Shown here: positions 45,393-63,620 of the stretch, one piece after another | How positions within the stretch are numbered: the stretch's first letter is position 1 | Layout of the letters: every line of letters begins with the position of its first letter | Assembly: GCA_964016885.1 (NCBI GenBank) | Contig: OZ024741.1 | Location: forward strand, 324,570,001 to 324,634,000 | Direction of reading: 5' to 3' | Length of the DNA: 64,000 nt | Origin: Eledone cirrhosa | Lineage: Eukaryota | The notes under the pieces: model-generated | Databases searched by the model: none | What the model was told of the DNA's origin: nothing | Seen by the model: only the letters and a program-made list of their open reading frames with translations | Translations under genes and position numbers: made by a program

Positions 45393-45442
45393 CCATTCCG
45401 AGCTGAGGATCCGCTAAGGTGAAACAATTGTTCTCGGTATGG
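45393..45442 (+). ncRNA. Minimal type-I hammerhead ribozyme (family E)
   Basis: ccattccgag CTGAGGA t-cc-gctaa-gg-t GAAA caattg TT ctcggtatgg; 25 nt upstream of (TA)n. Confidence 0.85.
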
Positions 45443-45464
45443 TGAACTAACTGTTGTGTAACCA

Positions 45465-47590
<2,126 letters not shown>

Positions 47591-48619
47591 ATATATATAT
47601 ATGGACATATACATATATATGTTACATGCAGTTCTAATTCAATAGTTCCTAAATGTATTATTAATTTTTCAAGAGTATCCCTGTCTCATCTTCATGATAA
47701 ATAATTTTGACAAATCGCATTTGCCTACATTGAAAGAGGTAGTCAAGCATCTATCATTTATATATATATTGGCTTTCACTTGCATTTAAATACGCGTGTT
47801 TGTATCAAGATAATATATGTGTGTGTATGTGTGTGTATGTGTGTGTATGTGTGTTTGTGTGTGCATCCCTCCTTCCTCTTCGTTTTATTTCCCTTCTTTC
47901 TCCACCTCTTCTCCTCCCTATCGTAATTCTTGTTAGCCACCCAGATTCTCAACTATTGGTTGTTTCACTCAGTGCTGCACTTTTACTTACGCCTTATTAA
48001 CCACCAGCCTACGTGTATCCAAGAAAATGTACCAGAGTATTCTCTCATTGTATCTAATCAAAACAGTGTGACCCGCCTCATGTGTATATAATACTTTTGA
48101 TAGCAAACTGCCAGGAAGAGCATCAGCTTCTATATTGAAAAATTGTTTGTTTTATACTTTAAAGTAATCATATTTTTCAAAAAGCTTTCCATCATGAATT
48201 TATTTAAGAAATTTCTAAAGTTATCTTCCAAATACCCACTTAATAGAGAGAAAATTAGTTACATTAATAACAGCTCCAAAACATTTTATTTTCAAAATGA
48301 TTTGAAAATCTTGAATATTTTCAAAAATATCTGAAAATCACAGGCAGCGTCTTTCATTAGAACCAAAGTAACACGTTGTTAAAGGAAATTGTGGAAGGAG
48401 AACATGAAACTTCGAGTAGTCTTTCACATAATCTCGGTTTTGAATCGATGTTATTTACTCTATTAATTGTGTATTTTCCTTTGCTTCCTCCTTGCAATTC
48501 ATAACAATCGGAACGTATAATTACTATCACGTACGGATGCATATGTATATGCGTGTGTATGGGTACATGTGTGGGTGTGCGTGCTGCGGTGTGTGTGTGT
48601 TCTTGCACATCCATCAGGT

Positions 48620-49410
<791 letters not shown>

Positions 49411-50596
49411 TCAAATCTATCCTTATGTCTGTAATGCAACGGTCCTAAATACTCTATTTATTTGAAATAACCATCTGATTTGTTTTGGTAAGAGCCAGCG
49501 CTCTGTACACATACGTATTATACCAACATGTACCATTATAATGAAACAGAGAATTTTTAAGTAGTTTTGTGTTGCACGCTCATAACAGATTTAATCTGAT
49601 CTGCAGTCATATTCCGATGTGATTTACTACGAATGCAAGCTAGCCAAACTTTGAACAATATAACCATAGCTAACTATGTTGGCAGATACTTCTATCATTT
49701 ATAATTTCGTATGGAAGTAGCAGAGCCGAATGTTTAAAATGTTCGCTTCCGTGGGGGTGCCGTGGGGCAGACTGTCGGAAGTTGAGGGACGCCTGATCGG
49801 AAGCGAAAGGACGAGAGACGTCACACGAAGGTTCAAGGACTATTGACGGCCTCTTTCCCAGCAGTATATGGTCGAGTGAGGACGTTGTGTGAAGTGAGAC
49901 TGAGAGATGTTCTGATACTCTAAAGTCGGATGTATGTCACGTGGACGATGAATGACTCGGTCCAAAGTGAATCGAAGACAGATTCACAACAATTAGGTCT
50001 CGGGTTTGATCCCACCGAGTGGTATCTTGAACAATTATCATTTACTATAGCTTCGTGTCGACATAAGCCTTGTGAGAAAAAATGTGCTGAAACTGTTTGG
50101 AAGCCCGTCGGATAGACTTCAACTGTAATTCAAAAGGCCAGCTTTATCATATATTGTATCCAGCACAATCACTCACAGATATAGGTTAATGGTACACCTG
50201 TCTGCGGAATGCTTAGCTACATACGCGTTCATTTTACAATCAAGCTGTTCTGTTGATCGAACAACTGAAATACTCATTGTAAAAGTCGACGGAGAAAGAC
50301 CATTGCGTATAATCTCGTGAAATAGAAGTTACTCTCCCGTTTTTATTCATAAAATCTAATACTCATTTGTTCTCTTATTACCGAACGAACAACTTGAATA
50401 AACAAACATTCTGTATTTGATTTCGACCTCTGCTTCGGATGTAATTTGATATTTCAAATGCATTGCGCATGTTTATGGCTGTGTGTGAGTGTCAGTGAAA
50501 GAGAGAGGGCGTGAGAAAAAGAGAATGAGAGCGAGTGACATAGAGAGTTCCCACGCATTCGGCAGATAAAGCAGGCCAGTTAATTATATATATATA

Positions 50597-50672
<76 letters not shown>

Positions 50673-51589
50673 CGTGTGTGTGTGCGCGCGTGTGTGTGTG
50701 TGTGTGCGTGTGTGTAGTGTGTACATTCACACTGAGACTGGCCTATATAAATAAAGGATGGGAAATATGAATAGAGATTACAAGGAGTGAACAAAGAAAG
50801 TAAACAGGGATTTATAGATTGCATGCAACGGATATAAATGTATGTCCATACACTTTTATTGAAATTGAAACTGTTTTTCACAGGATGGCTATGAAAGCAA
50901 TAAAGTTTTCTGACCAGAATCAAAGGATTCCATGGACCATGTTCAGCATTCTGTGTTCCTAGCATGACTTGATAATAATCAGTGAAAGTAAGAAGTGTGT
51001 GTAAATATGTGAAAACATGCCATGAACAAAATATATATCCTTCCAACATACAAACGCACAAAAAAGAAAGCACACATTTCATTTCCTGTTGACTTTCAAG
51101 GAGAAATCCTTTTAATTCTTTTGAATTCATTTGAGTTCTTTTCAATCCTTTTGAATTCTATCAGCCAGCTCCACCAAATCATCCCAAAAGACAGCAGCAC
51201 ACCTCTCACTATTGTATCGACACACCCTAGTCTTTAATCTTTAGTGGCATCACATACACCAAACCAGCAGCTCATTCTCTTCAAATTTCTCTACTGGACA
51301 CAAGAAGACATTCACTACGCAACCTCGAGAATTTTACTACAGGAATTTCTTCTCTTCGTCATGAACACAGTATTTTGCATATTAGCTGTTCTTTAAAACG
51401 TCACACTTCTCCTCAACTTCTACACTTTTAAAATGGTTCATAAGTATAAAAAGGATAAAGATCCCATAACTTCTTGTGGAGTCGTAGTCGCACCCTCATA
51501 CGGTGTGTCTAGGGCATATTTAAATCTGGCGGAGCCCAACACTCTCCAGGTCTGAATACAGCTGACATTTTCAATAGAGGAAGAATCGA

Positions 51590-51744
51590 CCCCACTACTG
51601 GACTGATTCTTTTTTTATTGTCCTCGAAAGGATGAAAAGCAAAGTTAACCACGGTGGGATTTGAACTCAGAGAACGCAAAGAGGTGGGACGAATACCGTA
51701 AAGCATTCTATTCAACGTCTTAACGACTCTGCCAATTCGCCGCC
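51590..51744 (-). mobile_element. Diverged SINE S1
   Basis: ggatgaaaagcaaagttaaccacggtgggatttgaactc..gccaattcgccgcc; another remnant at ~54290-54405. Confidence 0.7.
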
Positions 51745-51939
51745 ATGTGTTACATATACATACACATAAACACACACATACACACATACAAACACACATC
51801 ATCATCATCATCACGAACAAAATATACACAATCCCTACATAAATAACAACACATACACCTTAAAGAAAAAAATAATAACAACACGCTCACTCACAAAATG
51901 CACTAGCGTCTGCAATTCTTACACTTAATTCAGCCTCCT

Positions 51940-52870
51940 GCCTTCCACCACTCAGGAAAATGACACCAACATATTTGAACGACTTCAGCTGCTTCTGTGG
52001 AACTCCATTCACATTTAGAGTGCACTGAGGAGGCTTCCTTGAGAGGATGAGTGTCTCGGTCTACATAGTACTGAATTGTTTCATTATTGTCGTGCAGCAG
52101 TCGGCAGCAAACCTATCAAATACATGTCGAAGATCGTCTGCTGATGAGTTAAATAATGCCACATCGTCCGCAAATTCCAGCTGACTAAGCCTACATATCC
52201 ACCTGTTTTGATATAGCTTTCTACATGGCTGCACATTGTAATCCTGTCCTTCAATATTATGAAGACGAGAGTTGAGAGTTCGCACTCTTGACGAAGTCCG
52301 ACACCCACAATGAATGGTTTCGACACAACTTATCCCTACAAAAATATTAAGGCATTCGTATAGAGTCATCAGGGAAACAATTAGCTGTCCTTTGATCTCA
52401 CACTCCTGCAGAATCTTCCACAACAGGTCCTCCAGAGATGGACATTTTCATTTACGTGGTCTAAAACATAAGCACGCACCTCTTGGTAATCCTCCCACGA
52501 TTTCTCAAAGATCTGTCGCAGGGTTAATATTTGTTCGGGAGCATTAAGAAGGAGATCGCTCTATAATTGGAGCGATCTGTCTAGTCAATATTTTGAATGG
52601 TCTGCCAGAACCCATTATTTCCTGATCTGATGTTGGATTCCACCTTAACCGCAAAGACTTCCAATGCCTTAACTTTGGGCGCCTTTTCTGTCTCAGCTGC
52701 GACTTTACGCGCCTGCTTGTACCGCAAGTGCAAGAAGGATGACTTATTTCCAAGCCAAACTTTGTGTAGCCTCCTTCTTTGCTCGGATGGCATTACTGAC
52801 CCCTTAATTGAACCTTTGTACCACCCGGCGTCACACCATGCCGCTTTAACTCACAGCATTTAACAGCTGA
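51940..52870 (-). pseudogene. RTE-like RT fragment
   Basis: KPFIVGVGLRQECELSTLVF, LEFADDVALF. Confidence 0.75.
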
Positions 52871-53060
52871 AACAGCCTTCCGACATACGGCAGATATGAC
52901 GTTTAATTCCAGCAGACCTCCCTATCCACTTTCTTTCCGCCCCTATATTTTATTTAACTGACTTATTCGATTACTTTATAGTTAATATGTATTGTCAACT
53001 TTTCATTAGAAAAGCAAATAGATTTTCAAATCTCCAAACTTGCCCAATATCTCCGTAATT

Positions 53061-53180
<120 letters not shown>

Positions 53181-53200
53181 GTGTGTGTGTGTGTGTGCTG

Positions 53201-53232
<32 letters not shown>

Positions 53233-54944
53233 TATGCATGTGTATGCATGTATTTATGTGCGCTTTAGTATACGCATACATTAAATGTACGGTTGCTACT
53301 CCAAAATAGAGGAGTGTTTGATAGAATGTATCATGCTTTTTAAATGGATCTAGGTACCGGTCTAATTATGTGTAGATATGGCCACATTTCCCAACATTTT
53401 GTAACGAAGACTCTGTGTTATTCCTGGAAAAGAGGTGGAAACCTTCTTGAAACCAATCTGAATAAATAAGTAGAAAAGACATTTTGAAACCAAAATATTT
53501 TTGGAATTATTTTTGAGCACATGTATCGATATCATTGTAAATCATTTTTCTGGCATGTTTTGAAGATGCTACATACCTGAAACGAAACCAACAGAAAGGC
53601 TAGTTAATCCCATTGAATGATTAATAATATCTAAAAGATTTAAATTCCTGGCTACCAAGCAACTTGGTGATGAGTGAATAAATGTCTATATTTTCAGATT
53701 AAATTCTCAAGCAGCATTTTGTAAATTGTATTAATTAGTGGAAGTCCCCAAGCTAGAGATAATTGAAATTGTTGTCATATTAGGACCACTAATGATACTA
53801 ATTCACCATATCTAGCTAGCATTTGAAGAACTATCATCATTAACAGTAAACCATCCAATATACTCCGAAACTTCATTTGCTAAACTGGAGACAGTCATTG
53901 ATGTAGAAAATTTCTGTTAGCAAGAATTATTTGAACAATTATAAAACTACGGTTGAGTAATAACAGCAGCAGCAACATCAGCAAAGGAACAGCAGTAAAG
54001 ACACAAACGGAGCAAGTATCCAACATTCTCATTAAAAAGTCATATGTGGAAAGCGAAGTCACAGGGCTTACCAATAACATTAGTGAAACTTTATATGACT
54101 ATAACATTAGTAAAGCATTATATACTATAACAATAGCTCCGTACTCAATATTAACAGTCCCATTATCAGGAACTTTTGTTGGAATCGTAGGGGCACCCAC
54201 CTGTCAAGGTTATTTTATATTTGGTGATCTGAACATTACCAATTTCTTCCAGTGAAGTCACGAAGAGAAAGAGAAAGAAATTGAGAAAGAGAGGCAGTGG
54301 CAGATTCAACCCCAACACTTGACTGGTATGATGAAAGGCAAATATGAGCACGGTGATATTTGAATTCAAAGTATTCTACGTTAACGGCTCTGCTATTTAG
54401 CTGCCTATAACATAAATTTATAAGATAGCAATGTCTCTTTCTCTGGTCAATGGCAACAATATAGATCTTGATAAAGTTAAAGATGTCTGCTTAAAATGAA
54501 CGATGCTCCAATTAGAATAAAGATAGATAGTGACACGCCGTGTTCAGTTATTCCGTACCCCGTTAGTGATAAAAGCTGTTCAACATTAATTCATCAGACA
54601 TATTAATGTCATAGGATAGATCAAAACTGAAGGTGAAGGAAAATATAATTGCTAATTTTTAGTGTAATTATAGTGTTATTAATAGGGAGATTTACAACGA
54701 TTTTTCACGAACGTTATCCGTTTATTGAAACGATTTTCACAAGTAAGAATATTCGAAGTAACAATCACTATTAAACAAATAATATATTGACTCTCTACTT
54801 AATACATCAGTCTTTCATTCGATGCTTGTTTAGTGTGTTTATTACACACTAAAGCATACATAAGCATGCACAAACTGATACACACACATAGATACACACA
54901 TTGATAAACGCATTATACCTTCCACTCTTTCTACACATATTTCC

Positions 54945-55992
54945 TTTTCTTCTTCTCCTATTTATTCCCGGGAGGATCGTGGGGCCGGAGCCCTCAAGCT
55001 CGCCTTCAAGCGGGTCATGCCAGAAGAAATCGACTCCAATCGATCCGGCTGGTTCCCCAAGCGAGAGCTGCCGATCTCATGGAAGATATCCAACCATCTT
55101 ACTCGGGGGTCTATCCATGGGACTCCTGCCGGCTGGTTTTTGCCCGTAAAATCTAACCAGTGATTCTTTCTTGAGAAATTATTACCACATGCCCATAGTA
55201 TCGGAGCTGTGATCTCTCAATTTGGAAAAGAGTCGGCTCTAACGGGAGTGACTCTCTGATCTTTGAGCTACGCACTCTATCGAATAACGTTACTTTATAA
55301 ACCCTTTTCGATCTCTTTGTAAACCAGTTTCGATCTCTTGTATTCGCAATCGTATTCATTCGGTCATCACACAAGATTCATAGCCATAGCTAAAGGTTAG
55401 CACGAATACCGAATTGGAGATAGCGAGTTTGGCTTTTATACCTACCTCGCTTCTTCTGATGACCGAATGCTGAAACTGAAGCATTACAGCACCAGATCCT
55501 AGATCCTGTGATTCAGCCTCCTGCTTTACATTACTCGAGAACATGGCCTCAAGATATTTTAACTTCTCCAACTGTTTCAGTGGAAATCTAGTCATATGTA
55601 GAGTGAATTGCGCAGGCATCCTTGCGAGTACAAGTGACTCAGACTTTGCAGCACTCATTTTCCTTTCAGTCGTGCAGCACTCAGCATTAAAGTCATGTCG
55701 GAAATCAACTTCTGACGAGTTAAGTAATACTTTGGCGCCCTCAGATTTCAGCCAACTGATCATACACCCATCAGTGTCGAAACCACTTTCACCTAGGTTG
55801 CGCATATCAATCCAGTTCATGAAGATTAGGAACAGGAGGGGTGACTGTACGCACTTTTGGTAGAGTCTGACACCAACATTAAATGTTGGATTTAGCACCA
55901 TTTATCCGAGCACAAGAGCACAAATACTAGGGCATTCGTATAGCGGCATCAAGACAGCAAGATGCTGTCCATCGAATCCATACTCCTGCAAA
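54945..55992 (-). pseudogene. RTE-like RT 3' fragment
   Basis: GVRLYQKCVQSPLLFLIFMNWID, KLKYL, SYGYESC, QLRYYGHV. Confidence 0.78.
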
Positions 55993-56329
55993 TACCACAA
56001 ATACAAGGACAAGATGGAGTAACAGATATCTGCACATATATATATGGCGGCAAAATAGAACGTCGGATAAAATGTCTGTAATATTTGCTCCGGTTCTCTG
56101 CCCTTTGAGTTAAAATCTTGCCTTTTTTTCGTGATACTTAAAACTTAAACGAGAAAACGGAGTAACAGATTAAGACCAGAAAGAAAGGGAGGAACAAAAG
56201 AGTACAAACAGTCGTTTAGGTCACAAAAGGCGTGACAAAACTTAGATGAAACTTTAACGAACTAACCAATAGCTAGTAATAAAAATAAAATAACGGTTCA
56301 ACACGCAATTTCACATCAAAAGTGAGAAA

Positions 56330-58170
56330 GAGAATGGAGTAGAAGATGTTGCTGTCCAGACAGAGGTCACAAAGCGGCTAGAGCAATCACAAGGCATTGG
56401 TGACGGAATTATGCATCTGAGAGCTGCTCTTACAATGGGACGTTACATGACTGCCATTTCATTGTATGTCTCTACTCTGGATAGTAGCCAGGAATCAATC
56501 ATGTCTTTTTACTAATATTTATGAGGGTGTATAACATCTATTCCACAGTCGGTCAAAGTCTTGCATCTTGGAGATTTCACTGCACTTGTGAGAAAGGCCG
56601 ACCACATCTGGTGTTTTTCCGGACATCAGGGCATGGGTAAGATGAATGCCAACGGTCTCCTTATGAGCTGGTTATGTGCAATATTTTGTCAGTAAAGGTA
56701 GATCTAGAAGGCAACATGGATTCATCCGAGACACAAACATTGACACATCTTCTGGAGGAGAGACCTCAAGAATATCTGCTCTATAAGAGTAATGTGGGAT
56801 GTAGAATGTAGTACAGATCACAAACTTCTACGTGGCAAGATAAAGGTGTAGATCAGAGGAAATGTGAGGGCAGCAGGGATACAAGTACCAAAACGTATGG
56901 ATGCATTCAAACTGCAAAGTTTAAGAATGCGAGATGATTTTCATAATGCAGTTGACAACGCGTCTTCGATTGAACTTGGGAACAGTTTAAACCACAGTTA
57001 TACAGTACTGGAGTTGATGTACTCAGTCTTAAGAAGACGAGACACCGAGACTGGTTTGGTGATAATGATGCTGTAATTATCACTTCCATTGAAGGGAACA
57101 AGCTGTTCGAGAAGTGCCTTGATACAGAGTGTCCAGTGACCATCACTTTTGAGAAGGCTTTCAAAGAAGCAAAGTTAAAACTCAAAAGATGGTGGTCTGA
57201 AGTTTCAGCAGAGATGTAGAGAGCTTATGACTGCAGAAACTTGAAGGCATCATGCAGCTAAATAAGGTACGATTTTAGCTCACAGCCCTCAAAAGTGGAA
57301 CCATTGACGTCAGAAGATGGAAACGTCCTCATCAAATACCCAGCAGGAATCATGAGTCATGGACTGATAAGGCATTTGTAGTTGATGAGGAAATTATTAA
57401 TGGATTGTCACGAGAGGATACTGTGACAGAGATGATGAGATAAGAATTACTATCAAAGAGATGAATATAAGGAAATCTCCAGGTTTGGTTGGAATGTGTG
57501 TTCTCCATCTACTTATCGGTGCTGCTGACATATGCCTTGCAAGACTTCAAAATCTCTGTATACTTGCGATTTAGAACCTCTAGTAAAGTCTTTAATCTGA
57601 GACATCTTAAAATCAAGTCCAAAACATTTGGCACTCTTGTCAGGTTGTTCCTTATGTTGTTGATGCAGATTTTGGGGCACTCACTGTAGATGGCATGCAG
57701 TTGATATTGGACACTTCCAATGCATGCACTGTATTTGAGCTAAATAGTAGCATAAAAAAGACAGTAGTCATATACATCCCACCTGTTGGGGAAGTGTATG
57801 TGAAGCCAGGCATCTTCGTGAGAGGAAAAAAGCTCGAAGTGGTGGACAGTTTTGTGTATCTCGTAAGTTCAGGTAGTAGAGATGGTGCCGTCGATGCTGA
57901 AATAAATCATAGGATTGCGAAAGTGTACCTTGCCTTCAGGAAACTTGAGAAATAAATCTGGGCAGATCGGAGTATCACAAGAAACACAAAGTTCTCTGTG
58001 TATGAGGCATCTGTTTTTATAGCCGTACTATATAAATGCAAAACGTAGACAACTTACATGCATCATATCGGGTAGTTGGAAAGGTTTCCTCACCATTGTA
58101 TCCACCGCATCCCGGGCATCAAGTGCCCCTCTTACACACCTCATGTTGCTATACTTGAGAAAGCAACGAG
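56330..58170 (+). pseudogene. Decayed, internally deleted RTE(BovB)-like LINE
   Basis: LGDF, TDHKLL, SIKKTVV, LEVVDSFVYL, EINHRIAK..AFRKL. Confidence 0.7.
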
Positions 58171-58659
58171 CAGAAATCGGAAATTTAACAAAAGCCGGAA
58201 AAAAATTATTTCAGCATATATTCTGTTGATCCTTATTATGAAGAATGATCAGGTAAAAAGTATTTTAAGTGACTAATCATCACGATTGAATCTATGTCTC
58301 TAAAGAAGGTAACTGCGGTCTGAGATTCATATTTGTCATTTGAAAAGAATGAAATTTCAAACAACATTTCATCACAGTTCATCTGAATAAAGGGATTAAA
58401 AACGATTATTTGATGACAGATTGTGTTTCCTTTGATACTTTTGCATGTGCATACTCTGCTTATTCTTAAACGTATTACTAACTGTTTCCATGCTTAAACC
58501 TCCATTTCTCTTAAGTTCTATATACATTATATAAGCATTGAGCTACTCCTTCTCTGTGAAGCTAGCAATTACACTCTATAAGTCTATTTCTCTATTCTCT
58601 TTTGAGAATTGATAATATAGTTCTACATTTGATATATATATATGCATGTGTATAAACAC

Positions 58660-58711
<52 letters not shown>

Positions 58712-58897
58712 GGGGGGGGTCTGTGTGGTGTGTGTGTGAGTGTGTATGGGTGTATGTGTCTGTATATCTATCTATATATACGTTTGTGTCGGCAGAAAGC
58801 AGAAATATAACCAGACAGGCAGAGAGGAAAAGGTAATATTTAAATGGATTGAATAGCATATCTAACTATAGTCAATCGAATGTATACATACGCACAT

Positions 58898-58961
<64 letters not shown>

Positions 58962-58969
58962 TATGTATG

Positions 58970-59053
<84 letters not shown>

Positions 59054-59085
59054 TATATACATACACGTACAACCCCGATACCCAA

Positions 59086-59174
<89 letters not shown>

Positions 59175-59746
59175 AATTAGTCAACTGGGATGTTTTCTTC
59201 TATTTTTGGTATAAGCATATATCCAAGTACATGTATGCATCACCATTAACACTATTGCATGTTTTAGTCGAATCAACTAGAAGAAAAAAAAGTTACCATT
59301 ATGAATTATAATGACTGCAAGCTTTTTATGGTATGTATTGCATCAAATTTGCTTCGCTAATATAGGTTTGGTTTAGGTCGTTCTTTTTTACATCTCATTT
59401 TTGATGAAATTTTTTCTATTCATTTCGGAAAACTAATTTCAAACTGAACGACATTTACTATATAATTCATGATACTTGATATCTAGTGCACATGTTACTC
59501 ACCCTATATTGGCTCTGAGGATTAGAATTGAAGACTTTAGTTTCTGTATGTTATATTTATTTATATACTATTTGGCCACCAAATGAGACGTATTTTCTCT
59601 CTACAAACATAATCCTAGAACTATATATTTCACGGATTTTACGATAGATTATAATCTATGGTAAAATCCGTGAAATATATAGTTCTACCACCGTTCATAG
59701 TTGTTACAAAAGTGTCACCAGTTGTAAATACACATAGTTCGCCGTG

Positions 59747-59866
<120 letters not shown>

Positions 59867-59869
59867 AAG

Positions 59870-59975
59870 GCGCGTGACGGTTGTGATTTCGATTCCCAGA
59901 CCGAGCGATGCGTTATGTCCTTGAGCAAGAAACTTTATTTCACGTTGCACGTTCTGCCTGGATTTGCGACCGACA
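59870..59975 (+). mobile_element. SINE S2 fragment
   Basis: tttcgattccc..cgttatgtccttgagcaagaaacttt. Confidence 0.55.
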
Positions 59976-60024
59976 GATAGTATTAGCAATTGGAAAGTCA
60001 ATGGAAATATTGTTTCCTCAGTTC

Positions 60025-60083
<59 letters not shown>

Positions 60084-61398
60084 GCACACTATCCAGTTTT
60101 TTAATATACTTAGAAGTGACCAGGATACTAATAATTCTTCACCTGCTGATGAGCTAGAATTTTGGTATTCCTCTTCACAATTAATATTGCGAACAGTATT
60201 ATCTAAACTGTCCGGGTGCTGGTAGTTACCACAATTCTGGTTTGTATTTATTCTCAAATTGAGTCTGGCAAACCCTATTATCTATAGTTAGTATTCTTTT
60301 TACCATAGCGAATCTGGTCCCTTACGATTTGAACACATATATGTATATGTCTGCGTTGGTTTTTCTTTTTTGTTCAGTTATATTATACGGCTCGGAAAAA
60401 CCTCTTTCCTGGAGCTAATTTATTCTAAAAGACCATTTTGAGTTTCTAACTTAATACATGCTTTGATATATATATATATATGCACCAAATCGCTTTTGAA
60501 CAGAAGCCCCCTCAATTCAATCTATACATTAGCAAATTGACAATCATATGGATCATTTTGCATATATGTACTCTGTGTTTTGCATTTATTCATTGTTGTT
60601 TCTTTTCTTTTGTGTACTTTATATCTGTTTTTCTTTGGTTTTGTTCCATGTGATGGAAATTATGACCGTGTACCAGATTGACTACTGCCTTGAATACTGT
60701 AGTTTACCCTCCGTTCTAATGTACGGCACTATCGTTCAATATGTGGATAGTGTAACTGTGACATTGGAACCCCTCTCAGAACTTCTTACTTAAACATCTC
60801 TCTCCATATTATTTATTCACTTCAATCTATGTTTTTTTACTCACCTCAATCCGGATTCTCACTTGAACAATTTTTTAATTTCTAATTGTTAATTTTTTAA
60901 TTGTTTAATTTATAATTTTTTAATTGTTTAATTTATAATTTTTGATTTAGGATTTTAATTTTTATTTCCAACTCTCACTCATAACTTCCAATGTAAAACC
61001 ATGATACCTAGAATTAAGTATATTTTCTCTTGGGAGTTGATGGTCAGTCGTACTGTCCATGCTTGGTGAGAGGTAGTATTGTGACCTGTAAAAACTAACA
61101 CTCTCCCATCCCCTCTGGCTTTCGGCTGACTGCCACAGACGGGATGGGTAGCAGTAAACTATGGTACAGGCCTAAATGGGTCATTGTTTGGCTGAGAGGG
61201 TGAACTGACTAAGCGAATTTCGTTGATATCTGCGGTAGCTAATGGTCAACTTCCTTCGGACATGCGCCTGCGCAGACCGGTGGGGGTGAATTGGTACTCA
61301 CAGAGGAACGGATGAAGAACCCAAAAGCACACACTTCGTCCGTTCCTATGTCGATTCAACTTGGATTGCCTCGGAAACATAACCTTATTATGTAACAA

Positions 61399-61472
61399 GC
61401 TGTCTGATGATGTCACGACACTCGCACACACAATAGTGTGGCCAGTGTTGTCATTGAAATATATATCACAGC
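61399..61472 (+). ncRNA. Type-I hammerhead ribozyme (family G)
   Basis: gctgt CTGATGA tgtc-acgacact-cg-cacac-acaata-gtgtg-gcc-agtgttgt-catt GAAA tatata TC acagc; ~50 nt before (TA)n. Confidence 0.78.
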
Positions 61473-61519
61473 ATTATTATTAAAGGACTTGAACATCTGA
61501 AACTACTTCGCTTTTACTT

Positions 61520-61634
<115 letters not shown>

Positions 61635-62589
61635 TGTGTTTGTGAATTATGAGAAGTAATGGCAAGAATACCTATGTTTGCTGGCTTCGTTCCCTTTAGA
61701 GGGATTTAGTGAATTAAATCAATTAGAATAGACATCCATCTAACCTGATGGTAGTCGTTTCCAAAACTAGATTAGAGCGCGATTGACGAAACTTACTTGA
61801 CCCCATCAGGGCTGGTAAGCTCTCGACAAGAAATGAAATGTCAATCCATTAGTTACATATCATATGATCTTTCACCGAAATTATTTTAGAGCAAGATTTT
61901 AATTTGATTTCCTTTAGAGAGTATTTATTTAGGAATCAAGATAGCTGATGCAACTCTATCCACCCGTATATTCCTTTTGATAAATTATCTGATAAATTAT
62001 TGCAGAAGCAATGAGGATAAGTGAACAAATAAATATATAGATAAATAAATAAATAAGTAAATAACGAGCTGAAGATAAAAGGAAGAAAAGAAAATATATA
62101 AAATACTGTTCGAATTTGACGATGATAGATATCAGGAAGTGGAGAATAACATATCAGATATCAGATCACGGTTATACGAAGAAATACATTAATGTTATTT
62201 CCTACAATGGTAATATAAAGTAATAATGATATTCCATTTAAAGAAATATTTATTCTTCATATTATTGAAAACGTCAGTGTATGGCATAAACAGTAACGAA
62301 GAAATGAATATCTTGATGTATTTAAAGGCACCTATTTACTTTCTGAGTTCACATCTTGCAGAAACCGACTTTCCCTTTCTGTTAATCCTTTTCCATCGCC
62401 ATTTATGGTAGGTTAAATAAAAATATGCTTTACCTTAGTTTAGGCCATCTGCTCCAGTGTCGCCCATCAGGGAATCGACGTTATATATTTTGTACATTTT
62501 AAATCTAATGGAATATATCCATCTCTTGGTCCGTCCATTAAAGGTGTTTTTCTTTTCGGAAAAAGCGTGCAAACCAAAATAATTAAAGA

Positions 62590-63620
62590 GTTACAATGTG
62601 GCAATGCTCTTCGGAAGGAAGGAAGGAATTCGACCCGAGATACTAAGAGCTTTAAGTACAGAAGATATTCTCTGGATGATTCACGAGTCCCGGGTGACCT
62701 GGATCTCTGGAATGGCACCTAAGCAATGGCAATCGAGAATAATAACCACACTTGTTGAACAAGAAGACAGGAGAGATTACTTCAGTTATCGAGGGATCCC
62801 CTTGTTAGGCCTCTCCGGTAAAGTCTTGTCTAAATGTTTGACAAAATGATGTAGGGAAATTGTCGAGTCTAAGCTAGCTGACGAACAGTGTGGTTTTCAC
62901 CCCGGACGCCGCACAGCCAACAGAATATTTACAGTAGATCTTTGAAAAATCCTGGGTGTGTTGCAAAGAGGTGCAAACTTGTTACGTGGACTTTTAAAAG
63001 GCATATGACCGCGTTCAACGGACGCTGCTATAGAGATTTCTGCAGGAGTATGGGGTCGATGAATAGCTTCTTGTTGCTCTGTTTCTCTATACAAATATCC
63101 TAGTAATTCTCATCTGTAAATGGTGCTAAGTCGGAACGATGCAATGTAGAAGTCGTACTCAGCCAAGAGTGCGTACTCTCACCTCTCTTGTTCATGATCT
63201 CCATGGACAGGAATGACATGTGCAGCCGGGTTGGAAGTGATATCAAGACTGGTGAGTGTAGGATCAGTCGGCTAGAATTTGCGGACGACATAGTATTACT
63301 TAACTCGTCAGAAGGTGATCTCCAACTTGTATTTGATAGGTTTGCCGCCAAGTGCTGCACGACAGGAATGTCAAAATTTAGTGCTATGAAAACTGAGACG
63401 CTCGTCCTCTCAAGAAAGCCTGCGCAGTGAAATTTAATTGTGAGTGGAGAATTTCGAGTGTCTTGGGGCCGTGTTCACGAGTGATAGAAGGCAGGAAGTT
63501 AAATTAAGTGCAAGAATTGCAGGAGCTGTTGCAGTAATTCACCAGTTTCAGCATTCGGTTATCAGAAGAAGAGTGTAGATATAAAGGCCCAACTCGCTAT
63601 TTACCTATGGTCATGAATAC
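62590..63620 (+). pseudogene. RTE-like RT fragment (same family as 54945-55992)
   Basis: SYRGIPLL, EQCGF, LSPLLFMISMD, LEFADDIVLL, SAMKTE. Confidence 0.8.

Noticed and set aside
53953-54560. 100-aa ORF and a short aspartic-protease-like peptide (IRIKIDSDTPCSVIP)
   Set aside because: The catalytic D[ST]G motif is absent and no other gag/pol remnants could be verified.
54560-54605. Minus-strand CTGATGA..GAAC-agct hammerhead look-alike
   Set aside because: GAAC instead of GAAA, and helices I and II do not pair.
60146-60320. CTGATGA plus long stem as a complete hammerhead
   Set aside because: No GAAA after the stem and no consistent NUH or helix I; at best a relic.
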